A DNA stretch of 63,492 nucleotides, counting the filler, from Octopus bimaculoides (taxonomy: Eukaryota): NCBI RefSeq assembly GCF_001194135.2. It is 4 parts of 4 records of this genome, joined end to end, with 100 filler letters (N's around TTAATTAATTAA, not from the genome) between each part and the next. Parts side by side here need not be neighbours in the genome. Positions count along the whole stretch, not along the records: positions 26,727 to 58,116 come from NC_068986.1; 3 more parts are not named here. One strand, 5' to 3'. Shown here piece after piece: positions 28,437-40,535 of this stretch. The first letter of the stretch is position 1. Each line of letters begins with the position of its first letter. Made by a program: the position numbers and the translations under genes. Under the pieces are notes generated by a model. It saw only the letters and a program-made list of their open reading frames with translations, ran no database searches and was not told the DNA's origin.

Positions 28437-29819
28437 AAATATATATTGCAATTAAAATAAACGGGGACACACAATTGATTCCATCGCTACAGGATCACGA
28501 TTGATATTGTCACCCCCTCTCATACGTTCTACTGTTGGTTGTGCTTCCGTAAATTCGCAGTTTACGGTTATTTGATCTTTGTTCCTATACCTGTGCTTAC
28601 GAAATAAGCAAATCACAAAACATGACAGTGTTAGTTTAATTGTCAGCTTTTTCGGCTAAAGAAGTATGTCTTTGTGCCATATCTTTCTTGCTATTACCTT
28701 TCAGTAGTAGTAGAGCACGGATTAAAAATTACTGAAAATAAGGTTTCGCCTTGTTATCTGAGATCGGCAATTCTCACGGGAGGTGTGAGAAACTAGTTCG
28801 AGGCCAAGATTACTGAAGCCATAAGAGAAATTGGGTAAGCTGGGTCTCCTGTTATAAACCTTTCAATCTTTTAAGGAATGTACGGTATCACCATTTCTTA
28901 TCTCACCTCGACGACAAAATTTGAAACAAGGAAGGAATTGAAACCGGCAATAAAATATTTTATGAATAGCAAACTGGGGTTGATTTCAACAACACAGAAA
29001 AAAATTACAGTAATTATGTAAAAAAAAAAATTAATAAAATCCCCCAAAAAAACAAAGAAAAGAGAAGGGGAAAGAAACGTTTTTTTTTAATATATAACTT
29101 AGGCGTGCCCTTCTTTCGCTTAAATATGCGACCTGTCCGCTTTCCACCTCACTGGTGTTAATATATTATTAGGCTCTTCACTGTTTACTTATAAATATCG
29201 TTTGCATTCTCCTGTTTTCTTGACTATACACTCTATTTAATTCGGTTGGTGTTTGAGGGATTCCTAATCTCAACAGGTTTGCGAGGACAGCATATATTAG
29301 AGGAGGAGGTTTTGTCGTAAACAGCTCGTAACATTTGCACGTGTCATTCACTTCTCACTACCTCAAGACGCCAATCTTATAAATCGAAGGGCATTTCGCA
29401 GACATACGTGTGGACAATAGCACTTTATATCGTGCCAATCTTTGTTCATGCTTGCATGAAGAAGTTCACTTGAAATATTTTTGTTTTTCAGCATTTTTAG
29501 CATATACACTGGTATACACATACAAATACATTGTATTATACATACAAAGGATACATTATAAAAATTACATGCTTGAATTGCTGAAAGCCTCACCTTTATG
29601 TCACATATGTAAGCCGAGCCTACTCAGTGGAGCCTATTTCTCTGCAAGCTGTATCCGCTAGTGAAGCTGGAAGTACTTGTCTATTGTATAGTGTCTGACA
29701 TTATTACAGCGATAAGCTGTCCATCACGGGTGTACTTATTCACAGCTTGTTAAATTCTTTCATCACCAACTACATGTATACACATCACTACAGTATGCTC
29801 TTAATATATGGATCATCGA

Positions 29820-30025
29820 AGGCGGCGTGCGCGCAGAATCATTGGGACGCCGGACAAAATATCTAGCAGCACTTCGTCTGTCTCTATGTTGAGTTCAAAT
29901 TCCACCGAGGTTGACTTTGACTTTCATCCTCTCCGGTCGGATAAAATTAGTACCAGTCAAGTACTGGGGTTGATGTAATCAACTAACTCCTTCCCAAAAT
30001 TGCTGGCCCTGTGCCAAAAATTTAA
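29820..30025 (+). mobile_element. SINE family B, diverged
   Basis: gagttcaaattccaccgaggttgactttg...taccagtcaagtactgggg. Confidence 0.7.
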
Positions 30026-30259
30026 AATAAAACATGGACCATCACTTGAAGTTTTAACTTAGTTGTTAGTTAGTTATTAGCATATTTAATCCACCAGGCA
30101 TCAGCAAACTAATCAGAATATATTGTATTAGCGAAAAAACAATTTATTAGGGGGAAAAAAACAGCAAACTAATCAGAATTAATGTATTAGGGAAAAAACA
30201 AAATTATTAAAATAGTAATGCTATTTTAATAATTTTCGCGAACACAGGAGATATTTAAT

Positions 30260-30290
30260 GACGCGTTTTAGTCTTATGAGACCTTCTCAG
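30260..30290 (-). ncRNA. Degenerate hammerhead-like remnant
   Basis: CUGAGAA-GGUCU(CAUA)AGACU-AAAAC-GC-GUC. Stem II and a palindromic ACGCGU stem III are present; the core carries a deletion and a G>A change. Confidence 0.4.
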
Positions 30291-31219
30291 TGACACAACC
30301 TTGATTTATTTGCCTATGTGATGATCAGCGAATTCCAATATTGTAACCGAGTAGGCATGGACTGCAGAAAAATAAATCACTCAAGAGAATTACTCAGGGA
30401 CGCAATCTGGATGAGAAACAATAACTAAGTTTATGTCGACATATTTAATACAATGAGTTTAATTAAATATAATATAAATAGTTGAATTAAATATAATCCT
30501 TCACTTGATAGCTGTCAATTTTTTTCGCCTAATACAACTTTTATTTTCCTGTTATGTAACTGCCAAGCGTGAAACTCTGAGTAATCATGATGTGAAGGTT
30601 ATAATTGCATTTAATTCATAAACTCTACATGTATCAATTGTTCCGTTTTTTTTTATTATGTAATAACCTGAGTAACGGCAAGTACTATTATAAGTCATAA
30701 TACATATGCCTTACTTTACATTACAACACGATGTCTCTCTTACAGGAAAATTTAGATAACTTGGTTGCCGCGACCGTCATTATTCTCGAATGTCAAACAA
30801 CTAAAATAACCTCAGCAGCCCAGAATTTGAATACACACAAACACGTACATCCATTACAAACATATTTGTGTGTGTGTGAAACGATTCGTTATTTTTTTTA
30901 ATGGTTGCACTCAAAGTACATAAAACACTAAATAATAGTTTCTAAACTTTCTAAAACGAATAAAGAAATTCGAAGAATTGCCTTCGTTCAATGGTATAAT
31001 GTCCGTTGACTGACTTGTTGAGTGAGTTGTATCCAGGTATGGGTGGCTTATCTGGTATTCGTTGAAGATATACATGCATACATACATATAGATATATGTA
31101 TGTGTATATAAGTATCTTTCTCTATATATATATGAGTTAGACATAGCTTGGGCCTATACTGGCCGAAAACTATCAAAGTTATATAGGGATGGCCATGAGT
31201 CGCTTTACCCAGTTCTAAT

Positions 31220-31440
31220 AATAATCCTTTCTACTTTAGGCACAAGGCCCGAAATTTCTTTTGGTAGGGGGCAATCTATTAGATCCACCCCAATATGCAG
31301 CTGGTACTTAATTTATCCACCCCGTAAGGATGAAAGGCAAAGTTGACCTCGGCGGAATGTGAACTCAGAACGTAAAGACAGACGAAACACCACTTAGCAT
31401 TTCGCCCGGCGTGTTAACGTTTCTGCCAGCTCACCGCCTT
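31220..31440 (-). mobile_element. SINE family B
   Basis: Same head and body as 60773-61010. Confidence 0.8.
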
Positions 31441-31797
31441 GCTCTTAATTGTATACTTAAAAAAAAAAAAAGGAAAGTCACATTGAACAACGTAGTCCTG
31501 GATATGCAAAAAAGAAGGAATGCTTTTTATCGTATGTTTGATTGATTAGATTTTCGTTGTGGCTCAACAACAATACATTCTATTTCCGCAGGATATATGC
31601 CAGTAAAACACTACAAACAAAATCATTGATGATTCAGTAATCGACGACCTTAGCCATTGATTTAACCAGCTGCAAATATCCTACACGGGAAGATAGATTT
31701 CATTTTCAAGTCATCACACCTTACTTGTCGATCAGTTGCCTCTAAGGAAATAGTATACCCTTTTTCCTTTTTTTTTTTTTTATATATATGGGTTTGT

Positions 31798-31845
31798 CAG
31801 AAGAGGAAGAGCAGAAGAGGAAGAGCAGAAGAGGAAGAGCAGAAG
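31798..31845. repeat. 14-bp minisatellite (CAGAAGAGGAAGAG) x3.4
   Basis: Perfect tandem copies. Confidence 0.9.
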
Positions 31846-32607
31846 ATGTGACTCTTTTGTAAAATGCCAGAGACTGATGGGAAAACAGCGGAAGTCATTT
31901 CCAAACCGGAAACATGATCCCAATTTTTGCTTTTTTTACCTTTTATTTGTTTCCTTCATTGGACTGCAGCCGTGATGGGGCCCCACCTTGAAGTGCTTAG
32001 TGGAAGAAAACCATCCCAGTGTTTNNNNNNNNNNNNNNNNNNNNNNNNNNNNNNNNNNNNNNNNNNNNNNNNNNNNNNNNNNNNNNNNNNNNNNNNNNNN
32101 NNNNNNNNNNNNNNNNNNNNNNNNNNNNNNNNNNNNNNNNNNNNNNNNNNNNNNNNNNNNNNNNNNNNNNNNNNNNNNNNNNNNNNNNNNNNNNNNNNNN
32201 NNNNNNNNNNNNNNNNNNNNNNNNNNNNNNNNNNNNNNNNNNNNNNNNNNNNNNNNNNNNNNNNNNNNNNNNNNNNNNNNNNNNNNNNNNNNNNNNNNNN
32301 NNNNNNNNNNNNNNNNNNNNNNNNNNNNNNNNNNNNNNNNNNNNNNNNNNNNNNNNNNNNNNNNNNNNNNNNNNNNNNNNNNNNNNNNNNNNNNNNNNNN
32401 NNNNNNNNNNNNNNNNNNNNNNNNNNNNNNNNNNNNNNNNNNNNNNNNNNNNNNNNNNNNNNNNNNNNNNNNNNNNNNNNNNNNNNNNNNNNNNNNNNNN
32501 NNNNNNNNNNNNNNNNNNNNNNNNNNNNNNNNNNNNNNNNNNNNNNNNNNNNNNNNNNNNNNNNNNNNNNNNNNNNNNNNNNNNNNNNNNNNNNNNNNNN
32601 NNNNNNN

Positions 32608-32653
<46 letters not shown>

Positions 32654-32660
32654 TGTGTGT

Positions 32661-32739
32661 ATACGACGGGCTTCTTTCAGTTTCCATCGACCAAATCCAC
32701 TCACAAGGCTATGGTCGGCTAAGAGTGTATGTATATATA

Positions 32740-32773
<34 letters not shown>

Positions 32774-33072
32774 TATCTGTCTGTCTGTGTGTCTGTCTGT
32801 CTGTCTTTATATCTGTGTTTGCCCCACCACTACCGCTTGACAACCAGTGATAGTGTGTTTACATCTTCGTAACTTAGAGGTTCGGCATAAAAAGAGTTGG
32901 ATAAAATAAGTAACAAGTTTATGAAAAAAAGCATAAGCCCTGGGGTCAATTCATTTTACTTGAAACCTTCAAGGTGGTGCTCCAGTATGTCAAACTCAAA
33001 GGTGCCACGCAGTGGAACTGAACCCGAAGCCATTTGGCTGAGAAACTAACTCCCTACCACAGAGTCACGCTT
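32661..33072. mobile_element. Nested SINE family A pieces in both orientations
   Basis: A minus-strand head is split into 32661-32720 and 33000-33072 by a plus-strand body/tail piece. Confidence 0.6.
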
Positions 33073-34954
33073 GCAAAAAAATAGTAAAAATAAACTGCGC
33101 TAAAAATACTGAAAGGCCATTTAGTCTACTTTCAGCTCCAAACATTCATATTTTCGTTCATTACCTGAAACCATTTGTTTTCTCTTGGATTGCGTTACGT
33201 CACGCTAATTAATTCGGGATAGATAGGAACAGAATATAAACTCGCTTTCATATTTCCTATAAGACGTTTCGAATGTGAGTGTGTATATGTGTGTGAGCGC
33301 GCGAACACGCGCGCGGGCGTTTGTGCGTTTTGACAAGAGAATCCAGTATCACCGTTCATTTTCAAATTCTTTACGTTCTTAATACGGTTCCAGATGACGG
33401 GCAGTTCCTCCCCGCCACACACGCACTAAAACACTCAAACGAAATAAACGAGTAAACCATCAAACAATCCAGATCCTTATTTTAGGTCACTAAATAGCCA
33501 ATGAGTAGTAGTAGTAGTAGTAGTAGTAATAGTAGTAGTAGTAATAGTAGTAGTAGTAAAGTGTCTTTGTTGCAAGTATTTCAACTATTCATTCATANNN
33601 NNNNNNNNNNNNNNNNNNNNNNNNNNNNNNNNNNNNNNNNNNNNNNNNNNNNNNNNNNNNNNNNNNNNNNNNNNNNNNNNNNNNNNNNNNNNNNNNNNNN
33701 NNNNNNNNNNNNNNNNNNNNNNNNNNNNNNNNNNNNNNNNNNNNNNNNNNNNNNNNNNNNNNNNNNNNNNNNNNNNNNNNNNNNNNNNNNNNNNNNNNNN
33801 NNNNNNNNNNNNNNNNNNNNNNNNNNNNNNNNNNNNNNNNNNNNNNNNNNNNNNNNNNNNNNNNNNNNNNNNNNNNNNNNNNNNNNNNNNNNNNNNNNNN
33901 NNNNNNNNNNNNNNNNNNNNNNNNNNNNNNNNNNNNNNNNNNNNNNNNNNNNNNNNNNNNNNNNNNNNNNNNNNNNNNNNNNNNNNNNNNNNNNNNNNNN
34001 NNNNNNNNNNNNNNNNNNNNNNNNNNNNNNNNNNNNNNNNNNNNNNNNNNNNNNNNNNNNNATATATATATATATATATATAATTCTTTTCTTTTTTTCT
34101 GAATCACTGAAGCAGAGAACAGAGAAGCATTTCTTTCGTAGTCAGATTCTGGGACTCAAATGAACCGATATGATAGCAGTAGTTATTTAAAAAGAAACTA
34201 CGTGGCAGGCAAAAGAATGCTTCGTTGTTGTAAATCTTACACTGTTTAAAAGTGAGAGGCTCTGATATTGTTAAACTGAAGATGGTAAAACAAAATGTAA
34301 AAATAATAAGATTAATTAATAGACAGGAAAGATAGCTCATAGGCAAATCTTATTCTGACTGCATTCACGTTTTGATTTATATCAGTGCTCGGTACTGCAG
34401 GTGGAGTTTGTTATTTAAGCACTTCAATGCGCACATATATGTACAGCAGGAATGGCCAAAACTCACCATTTAACTCCAAGATTTATTTATGTTTAACAAC
34501 TGAAGGAATTTGATAAAAGCATCTAAAAAAGCATCATGAAAATTGTTCAAACTGAAGTTTTTCTTGAGTGACATATTTTTTCCATTCGAGTCAATACAGA
34601 ATTACAGATAGTATTTATGGAATTTTGATTTACTGTCGGCTGACTTTGGCCAACCATGTATATATACTCGGTGGTGTACGCAAACATATAATCTTTGTTT
34701 TTAATATATAGTCACATGGCTTGAAATTTAGGAGAAATGGGTTAGTCAATCACATCGACGTAGAACTAGAAAGGGATTTTATTTTTATCAAATCCAGGAT
34801 GATAAAAAGCAAAGCTGACCTTGGCGAGATTTGAACTCGGAACTTAATCCATCGCCCTGAACCGTTTCCAGCATAAGCACAAGGAACAGGGTCTGATATT
34901 TGAAGTAGAGGATATTTCGGGTTCGATAAAATAAAATGACCCAATACTTCACAA

Positions 34955-35263
34955 GTGGTGAGGTGGCTTAGGAGTTGGAGTATTCGTAAGGTCGTGAGTT
35001 CGATTCCCGGTAAGAGGTTGTGTCCTTGAGCAAGATAATTTATTTCACATTGCTCCAGTCCACTCAGCTGATAAAAATGAGTGGTACTTATATTTCAAAG
35101 GACCAACCTTATCACATTCTGCTTAACGCTGAATATTCTTGAGAACTACGTTAAGGGTATGCGTGTCTGTGAAATGCTCGGCCACATGCACGTTAATTTC
35201 ACGAGCAGGCTGTTCCGTTGATCGGATCAAATAGTATCTTCACCGTGGTAACCGACAGAGTAC
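34955..35263 (+). mobile_element. SINE family C
   Basis: Homologous to 48660-48962. Confidence 0.8.
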
Positions 35264-35531
35264 AATATCGGGATTTGAATACATAACATAAAGAGCTGAA
35301 AAATAAACACCAACATATTTTCTCCAATGCTCTAAAGATTCTGTCAACCGACCTCTCTAAATGCATTTCATCATAAACGCATATTTCTCGACACATATAT
35401 GATTAACTATTATTCGAAAGTAGGCGTTTGGTTACACACAGAAACAAACCTACATAATTTTAAATATGATATTCACACAGTGGGTGTTCTATTCATAGTT
35501 ATTTACATGTAAAGTAAAACCAAACTATCGA

Positions 35532-36042
35532 CTGCTTTGTGTAGTAGCTGAATATTCTTTGCAATTGAATACCGAATGAAAATCTGTACAACCTCTAAAG
35601 GTTGCAATCAGCAAAACCGCAAAACTGTCCCTCTGGAAACTCTCTGTCGGGAACGTATGTGTTGTATTTATGTGTACATAAATTTTCTAATATGTAGAAA
35701 TAGAATAAAATTGTGTGTGTGTGTGTGTGTGTTTTGTGCTAGAAAGCTTAGGTGTCAGAAAAATATAAAATTGTAAACATAATTAATAATAAAATAGTAT
35801 TTAAATTTCAGTTCAATTCTTGTTCTACGGTGTGATGTGCATAAAATGTATATCGTGAATAACAAACCGGCAATAGCACACATATGCAAATGAAGCTATC
35901 CCTTACGGTGATAACCTACTTTACGGCTGCTTTATATAGCAGCTGAATATTCTTCACAACTGATTGAGTAATGAAAACCGATGCATCTTCTACATGTTGC
36001 GATCAGCAAACTGCAAAACTGTCCGCCAGGAAACTCTCTGTC
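35532..36042. repeat. Diverged direct repeat of about 115 bp (35532-35648 and 35927-36042)
   Basis: Shared tagctgaatattct...atcagcaaa..gcaaaactgtcc..ggaaactctctgtc. Confidence 0.8.
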
Positions 36043-39035
36043 TTTTTCTAAACATTTCAATAATAATATTTGTAAACATAATCATTTCAATAATGGTTGT
36101 TAAAAATAGTCACAAATTTTAGTGAAATTCATTTTATTCATTGCTAGAGGAGTGAACAAATATTGCTAGATAGGTTCTCACTGATTTGCTGGCGGTGCTA
36201 AATCCACCACAATTATTGTTACTTTATGAATTTGGTTGCTAATATTAGACTAATAATTTTGATAAACGATACTGTGAATAAGATAATTCTAGTGAACAGC
36301 AATTCCTAGAATAGGGTAGAGGCTGAAAAGTGGACAATGGTCAACGTTTGTTGTAAGGGGGCTTTATCATCTACTAGAGAAATACCTTGCAGTTGAAATG
36401 AAATACCTTTGTGTCAAACGTGTGTGCTCTGAGTTCAAATCTTGTCGAGGTCAGTTTTGTCTGTCATCCACTCGGGGCCGATAAATAAGCACCAATCCTG
36501 TATCGTGGATAGGTGGAATTGTAAGAAAACTTAACCTGATGCTTTGTAGTATCTGACCCGATTGTTTGTTTTGAGGTTAAATCGCGCCATGGCCTATTGG
36601 GTGCTAGACAACCCATTACCCCGTTTAAGGCCACTTTTCGCAGACCCCACTCTGCGGCAAGCAAGCAGGCCCAGCCTCACTTTTAAAGATAACTTTCTCT
36701 TTCCCTCTCACCAGCCTTCGACATATTGTAAAAGGTCATGGGTAGGGCATTCATTGTCTTCCAGCTAAACGATTAACCATTAATGAAATCGATCCTAGTA
36801 TTTAACTGCTACTCTATTTTTTGTCAACTACGAAAGGACGAAACACAAAGTTCAGAACAATGGGATTTCAAATGAGAATGTAAAGGGATCATATCTAAAA
36901 GCTACAAGTGATTTTCTAACATAGATGGCACAATTCCACAGATTATCAGAAATGTTTTAGGCAACTGAACAAATCGCAACATAGAACTGGTATTTATTGA
37001 GGACCTCAAATATATCAATTCAAAATTTAATTACGTTCAACTGCAGTAAACGATTATTTATATACCATCTTTTCTTGAGAAATGTCGTTTGAAACTATTT
37101 TTTGTTGAGATATTGAGTGTATTCTTAACGCAGCGTGACTTGCAGAAAATACCAATTCTAGTTTTTGGTAAATGTTTAAAATCATTTCTGGAGTAAGCAT
37201 ATAATTTAATTTCGCAGTTAACGGATAAATTAATCGCAGAAAAATGAAGAAATTCAAAGTAAGGGAGTTAATTAAACACTGTATAACAGTGTGTCCGATT
37301 TGCTATTAATTTTGCCACACACCACGACTAGATTTCCAGTTTTTCATAAGGTAGCAATTATTTACATTGGAACAAAGAGAAACTTGGTGGGGGGCGGGTA
37401 CAGTCAATTAGATCGACCTCCAAAATCCGGTTGATACTAATTTTAACGACATCGGAATGCTAATCGACTCTGGCGGGATTTGAATACAGAACATAAAGTA
37501 ATGTACCTACATTGTAAGACGCTCGACTGATCTTGCCAACATGTATCTCCATTCAGAAAAAAAGAAAATTATTTTATATTTCTTTAATCATTCATTCGTT
37601 CCTTTACTCATTCACAAAACAGAAGACATTTTTTGATGAATTATAACGGTTAGGGGTTACTTTACAGACGACATGATTTTCATTAAGATACCTTCCATTT
37701 AGTTCACGGTGACGTTGTCACCCCCTCTGCTTACACTCAACTGGTCTTTTGTTGATTTAATATCAACAGTCACTCTTCATAGTTATTAAGTTTTGAAGCT
37801 GGTTGATCAAATAACAAATAACAAAAATTTCAGGCGCTGTAATTCGCTAATATACATACGTGATATGTGCGTGTGTATATGTATGTGTATGGACATTTAT
37901 ACCCTACGCTAACAGCATTAAAACTTCCACCCCAAAGCCTTTTATAGTATATTAGTTAAAAACTCCCCCATCCCCATCATGGATACAACAGCCTATTTCA
38001 TAGAAAATCCTTGAAGTTATACCCCCCCCCCCTCACACACACATACACATAAATATACACACGCACGCTCGCAGACACATACAGATACCACGGGCTTCTA
38101 CAGAGTTTTGGTTTACGAAATTCTACTTATAACAAATTTGTCAGCCTGAGATTATAGTAGAAGACACTTGGTCCAAGTGCTGGGGTTGAACCTGAGATAC
38201 CGTTGTTCTCAAGCAAATTTCTTAACCGTAGAGCTATACGCATTGTCTATAAATCAGAAATGGTTGCCTCTATTTCCTTACCTCGAATCTCCCTGTCTAA
38301 ATTGCAATATGAGAAAATCCCAGTTTGTAAAACTAGTATTCTGATACGACAATCTTTCATCTTTTACTTACACACACACTTCAAGCTTCTTACACACACA
38401 ACCATGCATGTGCCTGCATATTTTTGTCAACAGAATGCTAATGTCCTATGATATTTTGTTTGCCAGCGTCTGATATGTTACAATGTACCAAAACTTTGCA
38501 CGAGGCAAAATTTAAAAATGAAATAATAAACATAATAATAATGATAAAGACAACAACAAGAAGAAAACAATATGAATAATAACAGAAAGAAAAAAAAATA
38601 AGAGAATTGTATGCCAAACATCTCAAACAGCAACATATAACGAAGCAAATCGAGGGAAACAAGTGCTTTATTGACTACAGATGTGCTGCTTTCAATTGTT
38701 GTCTTTTACAGTCACAGTTATAACGTTGTCGCAGACAATTTCATTTTAATGCTTTCGCTAGAATGTAAGGAAATACAATAAACTAACAATGCGTGTGTGT
38801 GTGTGTGCGAGGGGGTATTGGTGTATGTATATCTGTAAGTGTTTATGTACGTATATACATACATATGTGTATATCTATATTATTTCCAATAATATCAAGT
38901 GGCATAGCATGTGTAAAAAAAATACCATGAGGTAAAGAAATTGCCGTGGCATTAAAAACAGTCATCGAGCACATTTGTTGAGATGGGCAAGTTCTATGAC
39001 CCTTGTGGTCAGTGAGACTCGCTGATGAGAACTAA

Positions 39036-39305
39036 GTCCGAGACTATAGTAGAAGACACTTGCTCAGGGTCCCAAACAGTGAGAGTGAATCTGGAACCAT
39101 GTGGTTGGGAGGCAAACCCCTTACCACACACCCGAGGCTACTGAAGAAGATATTTGGTTAAAATGCCGTGCAGTGGGAGTGAATTCAAAACCACGTGATT
39201 GGGCCTCGGGTGTGTGGTAAGGGGTTTGCCTCCCAACCACATGGTTCCAGATTCACTCTCACTGCGTGGGATCCTGAGCAAGTGTCTTCTACTATAGTCT
39301 CGGAC
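39036..39305. repeat. Inverted repeat of SINE A head: 103-bp arms, 64-bp spacer
   Basis: 39036-39138 versus the reverse complement of 39203-39305: 100/103 identical. Confidence 0.95.
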
Positions 39306-39630
39306 CGACCAAAGCTTTGTGAGTGGATTTGGTAGAGGGAAACTGAAAGACTCTTGTCATATATATGCTTTTATCCTTGATCATAAAGAAAACGGGGAGC
39401 CAGTGGTGCAGTGTTGGTTTCGCAGCCCCACCCCTATCCCTTAAATGTAACGTACCTTCGACAACAGGAAATTCACACAAATAAAATAGCCACTTGTGCA
39501 ATCGTGCACCCCGCACTCCACATGCCTAACCACTGTGGTAAGCTATTCCGGTGGAATTGTACCTAGTTTCTAGGTGGTTCCCAAGCTAACATTGTTATGA
39601 TGTTTTCTTATTATAATATATAGTATATAG

Positions 39631-39840
39631 AAGGCGATGAGCTATCAGAAACGTTAGCACGCCGGGCGAAATGTTTAGCGGCCTGTTTTTACGTTCTGGG
39701 TACAAATTCCGCCGGGGTCGATTTTGTCTTTCATCCTTTCGGGTTCGATAGATTAAGTACCAGTTGCGTACTGGTGACGATCTAATCGACTACCCCCTCC
39801 CTAAAGATTTCGAACCTTGTGCTTAGAATAGAAAAGAATA
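39631..39840 (+). mobile_element. SINE family B
   Basis: aaggcgatgagctatcagaaacgttagcacgccgggcgaaatg... Confidence 0.8.
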
Positions 39841-39889
39841 TATAATATCCATCATATATTTTGGAGAATTTCTGGTTAAGCCAACTCAC

Positions 39890-40535
39890 GGATCTATTTC
39901 AAAACGGGGGCACCAGTTTTCATTTATGTTTTATGTAGTGTTTTTGGAACCGAAAGACTTTCAAACTTTGTATACTTATCTATTTTGTGTTATAGAACAG
40001 AAAAAAAATTTTGTATTCGAATTTATTTCATGTAAAAAATTGTCTTATTTCGATAATTTCAACCAATCACTGACAAGTATTCAGCTGTTTACACTTGCTC
40101 CTTTGGAAGTTTAAGCGGTGTAAAGCGTATTTAATCTCCATTTATAATTTCGTTAACATCTGCCTGAACTGTATGTGTACAACATTTGCTTTTTTCGTTT
40201 TCTTTCACGCGTGTTTATTTCGTTAACATCTGCCTGAACTGTATGAAAGGTGTATTAGCTACTGCCCAACCCTAACCCTAACTCTACTGCCAATATGCTT
40301 CAGCCATCGTTTGTTTACATAGTCAGCACTTAATAATATCCGGCTGAATGGACGTCAGTCATTGGTTGAAATTACAGAAATACGACAACTTTAACATGAA
40401 ATAACTTGCGATGTAGGTTTTTTTGTTAAGAAGACTAAGAGAAAAAGATGTTTTATATGACACATTCTACCAGTGTCCCAAGTTTCAAAGTGTTTCGTTA
40501 AGAAAATACTGGTGCCCCCGTTTTGAACAAGATCC
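39890..40535. mobile_element. Non-autonomous DNA transposon (646 bp) with a 9-bp TSD; Mutator- or Merlin-like
   Basis: TIRs GGATCTATTTCAAAACGGGGGCACCAGT (39890-39917) and 40508-40535 match at 26/28. Perfect flanking direct repeat CCAACTCAC at 39881-39889 and 40536-40544. Confidence 0.85.

Noticed and set aside
28770-28792. T-box half-site AGGTGTGA in a semi-palindrome; also TCACACCT at 31714 and 61024
   Set aside because: Three 8-mers in this much CA-rich sequence is close to chance. One lies inside a SINE head, and linkage to brachyury crosses synthetic joins.
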